In this document: positions 48,135 through 58,382 of the stretch, in pieces
Layout of the letters: every line of letters starts with the position of its first letter
Position numbering within the stretch: the stretch's first letter is position 1
NCBI GenBank assembly: GCA_051648645.1
Contig: JBOFFP010000001.1
Coordinates: 1-64,000, forward strand
DNA: 64,000 nt
DNA from: Candidatus Rhabdochlamydia sp.
GTDB lineage: Bacteria > Chlamydiota > Chlamydiia > Chlamydiales > Rhabdochlamydiaceae
Reading direction: 5' to 3'
Notes under the pieces: model-generated
Told to the model about the DNA's origin: nothing
The model's database searches: none
Seen by the model: the letters and a program-made list of their open reading frames with translations, nothing else
Program-made: the position numbers and the translations under genes

Positions 48135-49064
48135 TTAAGTTTCAAAAAGAGAGGAAGCATACGCTATAGGCTCAAAACTCTCTAAATCTTCGATTTTTTC
48201 ACCTGTACCAATCCATTGAATGGGAATGTGTAGTTTTTTGTAGATCGAGAGAACGATACCTCCTTTAGCAGAACCATCGAGCTTGGTTACGATAAGGCCT
48301 GTTAGAGGAGTGAATTTATGAAAAGTCTCTGCTTGATCAATCGCATTTTGACCTGTAGTAGCATCTAAGACAAGTATTGTTTCATGAGGTGCTGAAGGGA
48401 TGGGTTTTTGTAAGACGCGCTTAATTTTTTCCAGCTCTTGCATAAGAGCTGTCTTGTTTTGTAAACGACCTGCGGTATCAATTAATACTATATCCATGTT
48501 GCGAGCTTTAGCTGCTGTTAATGTATCAAAGACAATAGCGGAAGGATCAGCACCGGTTTTGCCTTTGACAATATCCACGCCGATTTGCTGAGCCCAAAGC
48601 TCTAATTGTTCTACTGCAGCTGCGCGAAACGTATCTGCTGCACCAATTAATACTTTTTTTCCCTGTTTTTTAAATTGATAGGCAAGTTTTGCCAATGAGG
48701 TTGTTTTTCCACTTCCATTAACCCCTACGATCAGAATTACATGTGGGATTTTTTCTTCTGGGTTTTTAGGAAAAACAAGAGGAGGTTCTTGGAGGATAGA
48801 TAGAGTGTATTCGTAAAATATTTTTAAAATGTCGTTGATTTCAGCTTTGGGTTGTAGACGCAAAGCGCTACGTGCTTTTTCAACGAGCAAGGAAGCGCAT
48901 TCAGATCCTAGATCTGCTTCAAAGAGAATTTGCTCTAGGGCTTCAAAGGTATCATCATTCCATGGTTTTCCAAATAAAGAACGAATTCTATGAGAAAGAG
49001 CAGACCTAGTTTTAAACATGGCCTGTTTAACTTTTTGAAAACCTTCTTTAAGAAAACCAAACAT
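48135..49064 (-). CDS. ftsY: SRP receptor
   Basis: GVNGSGKTT, DTFRAAA, DTAGR, TKLDGSAKGG; ATG 49064 preferred. Confidence 0.97.
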   Translation of the reverse strand: MFGFLKEGFQKVKQAMFKTRSALSHRIRSLFGKPWNDDTFEALEQILFEADLGSECASLLVEKARSALRLQPKAEINDILKIFYEYTLSILQEPPLVFPKNPEEKIPHVILIVGVNGSGKTTSLAKLAYQFKKQGKKVLIGAADTFRAAAVEQLELWAQQIGVDIVKGKTGADPSAIVFDTLTAAKARNMDIVLIDTAGRLQNKTALMQELEKIKRVLQKPIPSAPHETILVLDATTGQNAIDQAETFHKFTPLTGLIVTKLDGSAKGGIVLSIYKKLHIPIQWIGTGEKIEDLESFEPIAYASSLFET

Positions 49065-49138
49065 ATATGCCCTTTTTAATTGCTCGAAAAAAAACTCTAA
49101 CAGATAAAGAGAAAAGAAGCAAAGCAAAGAGAAACAAG

Positions 49139-50308
49139 ATGAATACACACGAATATCAAGCAAAAGACATACTTAAATTCTATAATATACCCATCCCCAG
49201 GTTTGGAGTAGCAAGCTCCATCGAAGGTGTAGAATCTATTTTAAGGGACCTTTCTCTAAAAGAAGCTGTAATAAAAATTCAGGTTCATGCTGGAGGAAGA
49301 GGTAAGGCAGGCGGTGTAAAAATAGCACATAGCCAACAAGAGATTCTTAAAAATGCGCGAAAACTGATTGGCATGAAGATGGTGAATAATCAAACGGGAT
49401 CACAAGGAATCATTGCACATCAAGTTTTAATTTCTGAATTGGTTGCGATTAAAAAGGAGTATTACTTAAGTATTGTTATTGATCGCAAGAGAAAAGAAGC
49501 CGTTTTCATTGCTTCTGCAGAAGGAGGAGTAGAGATTGAAGAGATAGCAGTTAAGAATCCTGAAAAAATTTTAACCATGCCCATTGGCTTAAATGGTATC
49601 CTGCATCCTTTTCAAAAACTACAGTTGGTCAAATTCATGGGCTGGAAAGCAGAAATGGCAAAGCAGGGGATTCAAATAGCAGAAGGGTTAGTGCAAGCCT
49701 TTATGGATACAGATGCTTCTTTATTAGAGATTAATCCTTTAGTTGCTGATCAAAATAATCACTTGTGGGCTTTAGATGCTAAGCTTGTCGTTGATGATAA
49801 TGCGTTATTTAGACAATCCAAAATTGTAGATTTTTATGATCCTTCTCAAGCTATGCAAAATGAGGCAAGGGCTAAAGAGTCTGATTTAGCCTACATTGCC
49901 TTAGAAGGTAACATTGGCTGCATGGTTAATGGAGCAGGGCTTGCTATGGCTACAATGGATATTATTCAATATTATGGAGGCAAGCCTGCCAATTTTCTAG
50001 ATGTTGGAGGAGGGGCTTCTAAGGAAAAAGTAGCTGAAGGGTTTAAAATTATTTTAAGCGATCCTAATGTAAAAGCTATCTTGGTAAATATTTTTGGCGG
50101 GATCATGAACTGTGCGACTTTGGCAGAAGGAATCATAGCAGCAGTTAAAGAAATGGAAATAAGGGTTCCTTTAGTTGTAAGAATGGAAGGAACTAATGTA
50201 GAAGAGGGAAAAAGACTTCTACAACACTCTAATTTGGCAATAATCACTGTAGATGGTTTAGATAATGCTGCAAAAAAAGTAGTTGAAATGCTCAAAGGTA
50301 AGGAATAA
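49139..50308 (+). CDS. sucC: Succinyl-CoA synthetase beta
   Basis: MNTHEYQAK, GGRGKAGGV, NGAGLAMATMD, NIFGGI; ATG 49139. Confidence 0.97.
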   Translation: MNTHEYQAKDILKFYNIPIPRFGVASSIEGVESILRDLSLKEAVIKIQVHAGGRGKAGGVKIAHSQQEILKNARKLIGMKMVNNQTGSQGIIAHQVLISELVAIKKEYYLSIVIDRKRKEAVFIASAEGGVEIEEIAVKNPEKILTMPIGLNGILHPFQKLQLVKFMGWKAEMAKQGIQIAEGLVQAFMDTDASLLEINPLVADQNNHLWALDAKLVVDDNALFRQSKIVDFYDPSQAMQNEARAKESDLAYIALEGNIGCMVNGAGLAMATMDIIQYYGGKPANFLDVGGGASKEKVAEGFKIILSDPNVKAILVNIFGGIMNCATLAEGIIAAVKEMEIRVPLVVRMEGTNVEEGKRLLQHSNLAIITVDGLDNAAKKVVEMLKGKE

Positions 50309-51187
50309 ATGGCTATTTTAATTGATAAAAATACACGCGTAATTACTCAAGGGATTTCCGGTAAAGCAGGGCGTTTTCATACAGAGCAATGTTTGTTATA
50401 TGGCTCACGGTTTGTAGGAGGAGTCACTCCTGGTAGAGGGGGTGAGACAATTTTAGACTTGCCCGTATTCGATACCGTTATGGAGGCAAAAAAGGAATTA
50501 GGGTGTGATGCAACTATTATTTTTGTACCAGCCCCTTATGCAGCAGATGCAATTTTAGAAGCAGAAGACGCTGGAGTCCCTCTGATTATCTGCATTACAG
50601 AGGGGATCCCCGTTAAGGATATGTTAGAGGTTTCAAGAGTTATGCGATTAAGCCAAACAAGTCGTTTAATAGGACCAAACTGTCCGGGTATTATTACACC
50701 AGGGGCATGTAAAATTGGGATTATGCCCGGGTATATCCATAAAAAAGGAAGAGTTGGCATTGTTTCTAGATCAGGAACGCTTACTTATGAAGCGGTTTGG
50801 CAAACAACACAGCTTGGATTAGGACAAACAACCTGTGTAGGAATTGGAGGAGATCCTTTAAATGGAACAAATTTTATCGATGTTATCAAGCTTTTTCAAG
50901 AGGATCCCAAAACAGAAGGAATTCTTTTAATAGGAGAGATTGGAGGTTCAGCTGAAGAGGAAGCAGCAGAATGGATTAAAGAGTATTGTACTAAGCCAGT
51001 AGCGGCTTTTATTGCAGGGACTACTGCTCCAGAAGATAAACGCATGGGTCATGCCGGTGCGATTATTTCTGGAGGAAAAGGAGGGGCTCGCGATAAGATA
51101 GCTACATTAAAAAATGCCGGAGCCTGTATAGCAAAATCTCCTGCAGAAATGGGGCAGGCTATGGCGGAAGCATTAGGTAGGTTTTAA
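50309..51187 (+). CDS. sucD: Succinyl-CoA synthetase alpha
   Basis: [22 protein letters not shown]. Confidence 0.97.
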   Translation: MAILIDKNTRVITQGISGKAGRFHTEQCLLYGSRFVGGVTPGRGGETILDLPVFDTVMEAKKELGCDATIIFVPAPYAADAILEAEDAGVPLIICITEGIPVKDMLEVSRVMRLSQTSRLIGPNCPGIITPGACKIGIMPGYIHKKGRVGIVSRSGTLTYEAVWQTTQLGLGQTTCVGIGGDPLNGTNFIDVIKLFQEDPKTEGILLIGEIGGSAEEEAAEWIKEYCTKPVAAFIAGTTAPEDKRMGHAGAIISGGKGGARDKIATLKNAGACIAKSPAEMGQAMAEALGRF

Positions 51188-51190
51188 AAT

Positions 51191-52333
51191 ATGTTGTACA
51201 TTCCAGGTCGTATTCCCATTATCATTCATCCTGCATTTTGGATATTTGCTGCGCTTATTGGTTATGTGAATAGCTTAAACTTACTAGGGACTTTGATTTG
51301 GGTTGGAGTCATTTTTATCTCTGTTCTTTTTCATGAATTTGGTCATGCATTAACGGCTTTTATGTTTAAGCAGAAGCCTCGAATAGAGCTTGTTGCTTTA
51401 GGAGGGCTTACTTATCATGAAGGAAAAAAACTACCGTTTAGTAAACAATTTCTGATTGTTTTTAACGGACCTTTTTTTGGCTTTATTTTATTTGGAATGG
51501 CGACTTTTTTGTTACAATATCCCACTTTAGCTCAAGGAAACCTAGGATTGGTGCTGCAACTGTTACGGGGAATAAATTTATTTTGGACCATTTGTAATTT
51601 ATTGCCGGTTTTTCCTTTAGATGGAGGACAGCTTTTACGAATTATTTTAGAAGCTATTTGGGGGGTAAAAGGAATTAAATATTCGCTAATTACAAGTATT
51701 GTTATAGCATTAATTTGTAGTTTATTGTTTTTTTTGATGCAGAGTTTTTTTATTGGCTCTTTACTCTTTCTTTTAGCCTTTCAAAGTTACGATACTTATC
51801 GTAAATCACGAGCAATGAGCAATGCAGATCGCAATCAGCAATTACATTGTTTACTGGAAAAAATAGAAGGAACAACTGATAAAAAAGCAGCTATGGAGCT
51901 TTGTGAAAAGATAAGAGCTCAAGCCAAAAATGGAATGATTTTTAATCAGGCAACCGAGTATCTTGCTTTTTTATATCTCGAACAAGGGCTCTATAAACAA
52001 ATCTATGATTTATTATTACCTGTACATGAAGAGGTAAGTAATGAAGCTCTTTGTCTTCTACATAAAGCAGCCTTTGATCAAAAAGATTTCCCCTTAGTCA
52101 TTCAGATCGGAGCTCAGTGTTTTCAATCCAAACCCCAGCCGGATATTGCGATTCGCAATGCTTGCGCAAGTGCTGCCCTTCAGCAATCAACAGCTGCTGT
52201 TGGTTGGTTAAAAACAGCGATTGATGAGGGAGTAGTTAATATGGAATCTATGTTAGCTAAGTCTATATTTGATCCCATTCGACAAGACCCTTTGTTTCAA
52301 GAATTGCTACACGTTATAGCAAAGGAAAATTAA
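51191..52333 (+). CDS. Site-2 protease (M50) with C-terminal TPR-like domain
   Basis: HEFGH in a TM helix, NGP, NLLPVFPLDGG; helical C-terminus ending AVGWLKTAIDEG...FDPIRQDPLF. Confidence 0.9.
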   Translation: MLYIPGRIPIIIHPAFWIFAALIGYVNSLNLLGTLIWVGVIFISVLFHEFGHALTAFMFKQKPRIELVALGGLTYHEGKKLPFSKQFLIVFNGPFFGFILFGMATFLLQYPTLAQGNLGLVLQLLRGINLFWTICNLLPVFPLDGGQLLRIILEAIWGVKGIKYSLITSIVIALICSLLFFLMQSFFIGSLLFLLAFQSYDTYRKSRAMSNADRNQQLHCLLEKIEGTTDKKAAMELCEKIRAQAKNGMIFNQATEYLAFLYLEQGLYKQIYDLLLPVHEEVSNEALCLLHKAAFDQKDFPLVIQIGAQCFQSKPQPDIAIRNACASAALQQSTAAVGWLKTAIDEGVVNMESMLAKSIFDPIRQDPLFQELLHVIAKEN

Positions 52334-52335
52334 GT

Positions 52336-52611
52336 ATGCGTTGGGTGATTTTTGTTCTATGCGTTTCCTTAACCGTTTGTGCAGAAGATAAAAAACCAGA
52401 AAGGCCAAGACAAGTCCAGCCTCATTTTGTAGGAGCTGGCCGTCCCAAAGATCAAATGACAAAGAAAAAGTCTCGTGTTGATACAAAAAAATGGTTTCTA
52501 AGTAAAACCTCGTTAAAAAAGCACGGGAAAAAAGAGAAGGCAAAAGAAAATAGTCAGGAAAAAACAGAAAGGCAGGAAAAGCGGCCTTTTTATCAAAGAA
52601 CTAGCAAATAA
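52336..52611 (+). CDS. Small exported Lys-rich hypothetical protein
   Basis: Signal-peptide-like MRWVIFVLCVSLTVCA followed by a very basic low-complexity tail. Confidence 0.6.
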   Translation: MRWVIFVLCVSLTVCAEDKKPERPRQVQPHFVGAGRPKDQMTKKKSRVDTKKWFLSKTSLKKHGKKEKAKENSQEKTERQEKRPFYQRTSK

Positions 52612-52631
52612 AGGAGGCTTTGAGCCTCCTT
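52611..52631. terminator. Bidirectional terminator
   Basis: AAGGAGGCT-TTG-AGCCTCCTT between convergent genes. Confidence 0.8.
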
Positions 52632-52633
52632 CT

Positions 52634-54049
52634 TTATTTCAAAGCAATAGAGCAAAAATAAGCTCCTCTATTGCGATCACGAACTAAAAGTAAAAGTGAT
52701 TTGGTGTTATTTTCATTAATTGCTTGATTAAACTCTAAGAGATTTGTCACTTTTTTATGATTGATGGTTTGAATTAAACTTCCTGGTCGTAGGCCAGCAA
52801 GTGCTGCTGGAGAATTAGGTTTTACTTTTGTGATAAGCACACCTTCTTCTGTAGGTTTATAGCCAAGCTGCTTAGCATAATCTTCTGTTAAAGCTTCAAC
52901 CTGTAATCCTAATTTTTGAACAATTCCGTTTTCAGATAGCAAATTATCAGAGCTAGATCCCAATTTCACCGAAATTTGTTTCGTTTCTTGATTGCGTTTG
53001 ATTTTTAGTTGAATGGTAGAACCTGGAGATTTAAGAGAAATTTCCGTTTTTAATCCCTCGGAACTTTTAACAGGTTTATTATCATATTCTAAAATAATAT
53101 CGCCCTGTTTAAGTCCTGCTTTATCAGCAGCAGATCCAGGGACAACTTCAGAAATAAGAGCTCCTTCTGGTTTTGATAAACCAAAGGCTTTAGCAATATC
53201 TACATCCATTGGCTGAAGGGTAACTCCTAGAAATCCACGTGTAACGCTTCCTTTTTCTAAGAGCTGATTCATAATGTTTTTAGCCATGTTAATCGGGATA
53301 GAAAAACTAATTCCCATATAGCCACCGCCACTAGAAGCAATAGCTGTATTGATGCCGATTACCTCACCTTTTGCATTTAAAAGTGGGCCTCCCGAATTAC
53401 CACGGTTAATTTGCACCGTACTCTGGATGAAATCCTCTAGGTCATTGATATGTAGATTTTGTCTTCCTTTGGCACTAATGATTCCTTGAGTAAAAGTGGA
53501 TTTTAAAAGAAGAGGGCTACCAATAGCAAAAGCTAATTCTCCTATTTTGACAGCATCTGAATCTCCTAAAGGTAAGGGTGCTATTTGGACCTCTTTGGGA
53601 TCAATCTTAAGAAGAGCAATATCTGTGTGTAAATCAGACCCTACTAGTACAGCATCTATTTCTTGTCCGTCATGTAGAACAATGGTAATTTTATCACAGT
53701 TGTTAACTACGTGTGCATTTGTCATGATGTAGCCCTCGGCCCCACAAAAAAAGCCTGATCCTGCATTTTTTTGAGGAGAAGGTTGAGGCATTTGCCCAAA
53801 AAAACGATTAAATATTTCACTGTGAAATTCAAAAGGATTATTTATTCCATAAGTTTCATTGATATTGCTTTGAGCTTTGATCGATATAACAGCGGGGTTG
53901 GTGCTTTCATAGATTAGATTAAATGCTTGTGATATTTGATCTAAAACTTCTATTTCTTTTAGGGGGGGAGTAGAGATAGATTTTGCACTAATAAGAATAA
54001 CGCTTAAAACAAGAAATGTTATAGCAAAAGTATGATAACGCTTTTTCAT
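52634..54049 (-). CDS. htrA: HtrA/DegP serine protease with two PDZ domains
   Basis: Signal/TM, TNAHVV, DIALLK, NRGNSGGP, two PDZ domains (GSAADKAGL, SPAALAGL). Confidence 0.95.
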   Translation of the reverse strand: MKKRYHTFAITFLVLSVILISAKSISTPPLKEIEVLDQISQAFNLIYESTNPAVISIKAQSNINETYGINNPFEFHSEIFNRFFGQMPQPSPQKNAGSGFFCGAEGYIMTNAHVVNNCDKITIVLHDGQEIDAVLVGSDLHTDIALLKIDPKEVQIAPLPLGDSDAVKIGELAFAIGSPLLLKSTFTQGIISAKGRQNLHINDLEDFIQSTVQINRGNSGGPLLNAKGEVIGINTAIASSGGGYMGISFSIPINMAKNIMNQLLEKGSVTRGFLGVTLQPMDVDIAKAFGLSKPEGALISEVVPGSAADKAGLKQGDIILEYDNKPVKSSEGLKTEISLKSPGSTIQLKIKRNQETKQISVKLGSSSDNLLSENGIVQKLGLQVEALTEDYAKQLGYKPTEEGVLITKVKPNSPAALAGLRPGSLIQTINHKKVTNLLEFNQAINENNTKSLLLLVRDRNRGAYFCSIALK

Positions 54050-54090
54050 GTTAATAACTCCTTAGGATGCAAGAAAAGATACTTATCATT

Positions 54091-54127
54091 GTTAGCCTTA
54101 AAAGATCAGAATAGCTTTAAGGCTAAC
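54091..54127. repeat. 12-bp perfect inverted repeat between the two HtrA-family genes
   Basis: GTTAGCCTTAAA-N13-TTTAAGGCTAAC. Confidence 0.75.
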
Positions 54128-54170
54128 TTAAGAATATAAAACAACACTTCTTTAAAATAAGTAAAGTCTT

Positions 54171-54914
54171 TTAGAGTTCTTGGTTAAGCATTTTTTCTAC
54201 AATGCTTTTAGCTAGATTGCTAGGAATAGCAAAAGCTAAGCCTGTATAGAAACCTTCTTTATAGCGCCAAGTGCTTCTGTTAATTCCAACGACTTCTCCA
54301 TCCAAATTGAGAAGAGGACCTCCTGAATTACCAGGATTAATGCTAAGATTTACTTGTAGAGTGTCTGGTTCTTGAAGCATGTCTTTTTTTAGGCTGCTTA
54401 TGATTCCAAAAGTGACCGTGGATTGTAATCCAAAAGGACTGCCAATTGCTGCAACCCATTCTCCTAGTTCTACAGTGTCAGAATCAGCTAAAGTCAAAAA
54501 AGGAAGACCCTCCGCTTCAATCTTAATCAAAGCAATATCAGAAATGGGATCTACTCCTACTATGATACCATCGAATTGTAATTGATTGCTTAATGTGATG
54601 ATGATGCTATCAGCATCTTTAACTACATGTTCATTAGTTACAATATAGCCATTCTCGGTAATTAAAAATCCGGAGCCGATGTAGGCTTTTTCTTCCTGAG
54701 TCTCCCATAAAGCGTTGACCCAGTTCGAAGATGGTTCTAATTTTGCTTGAATGAATACAACAGCAGGGACAGATGCATTCACAATTTCCGTAAAAAAATT
54801 AGCTGTTTTTTTAGCCTCTGAGGATTTATTTGGTTTAGAAGGAAAAGAATAAGCCGCATAAGTGCTATTTAGTAAGCAAAGGATGCTTAAAATCAAGGCA
54901 AAAATCATTTGCAT
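54171..54914 (-). CDS. HtrA-family trypsin-like serine protease lacking PDZ domains
   Basis: Signal peptide, TNEHVV, SDIALIK, NPGNSGGP; ends right after the protease domain. Confidence 0.9.
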   Translation of the reverse strand: MQMIFALILSILCLLNSTYAAYSFPSKPNKSSEAKKTANFFTEIVNASVPAVVFIQAKLEPSSNWVNALWETQEEKAYIGSGFLITENGYIVTNEHVVKDADSIIITLSNQLQFDGIIVGVDPISDIALIKIEAEGLPFLTLADSDTVELGEWVAAIGSPFGLQSTVTFGIISSLKKDMLQEPDTLQVNLSINPGNSGGPLLNLDGEVVGINRSTWRYKEGFYTGLAFAIPSNLAKSIVEKMLNQEL

Positions 54915-55161
54915 AATGAACCTATTGGGGAATAAAAATAATTGATAAATTTGTCTTATTAACTATTTTGGTTTTTCGGAATTTTCCCTCGGCTTAAGAC
55001 AGCTCGTTTTTTGTATTCCTAATGATTATTTTTATCTCATTTATTTTTTTAATAAGTGGTTGAATGTATCATTTACTTTTTTTATTTTACAACCGTTAAA
55101 TAAGGCCAATGGCAAAAAATATTTTTTTTTGGATTAAAAAATGCTAAAGTAGGTGTGTATT

Positions 55162-58119
55162 TTAGATAGGAAAAACAGGCAGGGGATTTTGCAAACCAGC
55201 ATTTTCATGGTTGATTAGCTCTTGGTTGGCAAAAGAAACAAATATTCCTTGCGTTAACTTAGGCTTTAACTCTTTTTCAACAATATACTTTATGTCCTTG
55301 ACAGTTGTATTAAGAAGTGATTTACGAAACTCTTGACGCATTTCTTTTGTTTTCTGGCTGCGAAGACAGCCATAAGCTACAAGAGCTCTATTTTCTGGTG
55401 AGACAGGAGAATCCAAATCTTGTAAGATGGTAAGCTTTGCCTCTTCTAATTCTTGTGCCGAAATCTTACCTCTACAGAGTTGATCAATTGCTTCGTGGAA
55501 ACTAGCCCTTGTTTCATAAATATGAGGATCACGATAGGAGAGAAAATAAAAATACCCCATGCTAGTGCTAAACGTTGCACTAGCGCCATATGCGCCACCT
55601 TGTTCTCGAATCCTTGGATGCAACGTCTTATGTTCAAATAAAACCGAAGCTATCGTTAAAGCTGCTGCATAAGGGTGGTTATAAGAAATTGTAGGAAATG
55701 CTTCTACATTGAATGCAACCTGCGAAGAAATTAAGCGAATTTGCGAAGCTGGTAAAACTAAAGATGGTTCAAATTTCCAAGGAGTTGTTTTAAGAGTTGG
55801 TATTTGATTAAGATGAAAGTAGCTTTTACTTTCTAATTCTTTTAACATCTCTTGGGAACAGCTTAGTATCAAATGAGGTTTGCTAAAAGTAAATATTTTT
55901 TCTTTTAAAGCTTTTAATCGATCAATTACTTTAGGAAGATTATTTTGCAGATCTTGACAAATGGTTTGAAGCGTCTTGAAATAGCGTAATCCATACCAAG
56001 CTTCGTTAATGTGAGTAGCTGTGGAAAAACCACTAATGGCTAAATGAGTAGCATATCGCATTGCTTGTCTATTTAATCGATTAAGCAAAGATGTATACAT
56101 TTGCAAAATGAGCTCTTCGATGCGCTTTTTTTCATCAAGCCGAGGATGTAATAGCAGATCTTGTATCAATATAAAGAGTTGTTCAGCTTTGCGATATAAA
56201 CACTTTGCTCGTAGATTAAATGAGGGGCGCAGCGTTTTGGGATCGGAAGCCTGTGGGTATAAAGAACAGGAAGTAGAGATCCCTCCCGTATGAGCCTGCA
56301 TATACTCTAAGTTTTCTCTATAGTTTCTGTTTCCACTTCCTAACTCAGATAAAATAGAAGTTAGTAAATGCACATAGGGAAGATCTTCTTCTTCTATTGC
56401 AGGTAGATCAAAAAGCAGATCTACATACAAAATGTGATTAGTAAAACAATCGTGATGATAGATTGTTATATTTTTTGAATGGGTGACTTGCAAAGGGAAA
56501 TCACGAATAGCGGTGGTCACATCGTCTAAAGATATTTTCGGCAGGCAGTCAAGAGCTTGGGTTTCTGTTTGCTTCTGATACAGCGCTAGGTCTTTTGTTT
56601 GTTTTTGAATTTCTTTAATTTGTTCTTTAGATAGCCCTTGCTGTATTTTTTCAAGTTGTCTTATTTCCTGGGTTCTTTCTTCTTCTGCTAGATGAGGGTC
56701 AGGTATCATGATGAGGCGAACCCTATGAGGATTGCTAAGGAAATATTTATCAATTAATCCTGTTAAATAACTAGGCTGTTTTGTTTTTTTTAGTAGCTCT
56801 TCAAATAGCGAATGTACCATTAATCCTAGTTCAGAGTCACATCCATGTTGCTTGGCTAAAGCAGAGCGCATAAATAAATTAAGACCAAAAGGGGATTGAT
56901 CTCCTCCAATCTCTAAACGCGATAGCTCTAATTGATGAATAGCTGAATCGATTAAATGTTCTGGGATCCCTTCTTTGACAATTTTTTTTAAAACATTGAC
57001 TAATACTTGCTCTAGTTCGTCAGCATCCTTTTCTTCTGTTCCTTTACAGACAATCAGATAAGGCACTTCGCTCATTTCTAAACTGATGAACCCATTTGCA
57101 GAAATGCAAAGCTGTGACTCAAGCAGCGCTCTTTTTAAAAGAGAAGCGTCTGTTTCCATCAGGATTACATCTAAAACGCTTAATGCCAATACATCTTCTT
57201 GTTCTATGATAGGAGCTGTTAAAAATCCAAAAGCTATTACCGTTCGACGAGAAGAAGCTTCAGAAGCTTCAATGGGGTAGTGTATAGTAGAGAATCTAGG
57301 TGCATCAAAACGTTTTTGTCTAGCTGTATAAGCAGTAGCGGATGGACTTGCTTCGTTTAATGTTTTCTCTGCAAGAAAGTCAAGGTGTTTTTGTAAAGGG
57401 AAATTTCCATAAAAGAAAAAGAGACAGCGAGCTGGCTGATAATACAAAGTATGGAAGGCAATTAGCTGTTCATAGGTTAGGTGAGGAATCTCTTCAGGAT
57501 CTCCTCCTGAATTAAACGCATAAGGGAGATCGGGCAAGAGTTGAGCCATCATAGCATGCCACATACGCGTATCCACAGAAGAAAGGCTTCCTTTCATTTC
57601 ATTGAAGACGATTCCTTTAATATGTAATCCTTCTTTTGGTTTTTTAGGATTGATAAATTCCAAACGATGACCCTCTTGAAGAAAGCTCATTCGTTTTAAC
57701 TCTGGATGAAATACGGCATCTAGATAGACATCTAATAGATTGTAAAAGTCTTTTTCCACTTGTGAGGCTGCAGGGTAACAGGTAAAATCAGCTCCTGTTA
57801 AGGCATTCATAAAAGTGTTTAAACTTCTTCGACCCATCGCAAAAAAAGGATCTTTTACCGGATATTTTAAGGAACCGCATAAGACGGTATGTTCCAAAAT
57901 ATGCGCTACGCCATTTGAGCTATAGGGCAGAGTCTTAAAAGAAAGGCAGAATAGATTTTCTGGATCATCGTTTTCAATATGCATGACAAGAGCGCCTGTT
58001 GGCACATGCATAAGCTCACGCAAAACACAATGTAGCTCATCAATAACTAAATATTTTGTAACGATAAAATCGCCGTGCTTTTCTCCAGGTCGTGTTAACG
58101 ATTTACAAAATGTATACAT
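55162..58119 (-). CDS. M16C (presequence protease-like) zinc metallopeptidase
   Basis: HILEH inverted zinc motif, KYPVKDPF, FMNALT, IREQGGAYG, SYRDP. Confidence 0.94.
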   Translation of the reverse strand: MYTFCKSLTRPGEKHGDFIVTKYLVIDELHCVLRELMHVPTGALVMHIENDDPENLFCLSFKTLPYSSNGVAHILEHTVLCGSLKYPVKDPFFAMGRRSLNTFMNALTGADFTCYPAASQVEKDFYNLLDVYLDAVFHPELKRMSFLQEGHRLEFINPKKPKEGLHIKGIVFNEMKGSLSSVDTRMWHAMMAQLLPDLPYAFNSGGDPEEIPHLTYEQLIAFHTLYYQPARCLFFFYGNFPLQKHLDFLAEKTLNEASPSATAYTARQKRFDAPRFSTIHYPIEASEASSRRTVIAFGFLTAPIIEQEDVLALSVLDVILMETDASLLKRALLESQLCISANGFISLEMSEVPYLIVCKGTEEKDADELEQVLVNVLKKIVKEGIPEHLIDSAIHQLELSRLEIGGDQSPFGLNLFMRSALAKQHGCDSELGLMVHSLFEELLKKTKQPSYLTGLIDKYFLSNPHRVRLIMIPDPHLAEEERTQEIRQLEKIQQGLSKEQIKEIQKQTKDLALYQKQTETQALDCLPKISLDDVTTAIRDFPLQVTHSKNITIYHHDCFTNHILYVDLLFDLPAIEEEDLPYVHLLTSILSELGSGNRNYRENLEYMQAHTGGISTSCSLYPQASDPKTLRPSFNLRAKCLYRKAEQLFILIQDLLLHPRLDEKKRIEELILQMYTSLLNRLNRQAMRYATHLAISGFSTATHINEAWYGLRYFKTLQTICQDLQNNLPKVIDRLKALKEKIFTFSKPHLILSCSQEMLKELESKSYFHLNQIPTLKTTPWKFEPSLVLPASQIRLISSQVAFNVEAFPTISYNHPYAAALTIASVLFEHKTLHPRIREQGGAYGASATFSTSMGYFYFLSYRDPHIYETRASFHEAIDQLCRGKISAQELEEAKLTILQDLDSPVSPENRALVAYGCLRSQKTKEMRQEFRKSLLNTTVKDIKYIVEKELKPKLTQGIFVSFANQELINHENAGLQNPLPVFPI

Positions 58120-58382
58120 ATGTTCAGCTAGAATTTAAGTGATTAACAATAGAGTAGCTAAAGATTTTAGTAAAGTCGATCTCATCTTTTATTTGGAAAA
58201 GGAGGTAAAATATACAGTTCCTCAAAACTAAAATTCAAATCCATCTAAATGAATGTTTTTAAAAAAATTAAATTAATTATATTAAAATTATTTTTAATGT
58301 TGATATTTAATGTTTTTAAAAATATCTTTTTTAAAAATTCATCTATTTATTTTAAAATAACATTAAGGACAGTACGCTATTT

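Noticed and set aside
54091..54127. Second CIRCE upstream of htrA
   Set aside because: Arms diverge after TTAGC and the spacer between 9-bp arms is 17, not 9.
58158..58182. Possible sigma28 promoter (TAAAG...GTCGAT) upstream of the coiled-coil orphan
   Set aside because: Spacing is about 3 nt too short for the sigma28 consensus.
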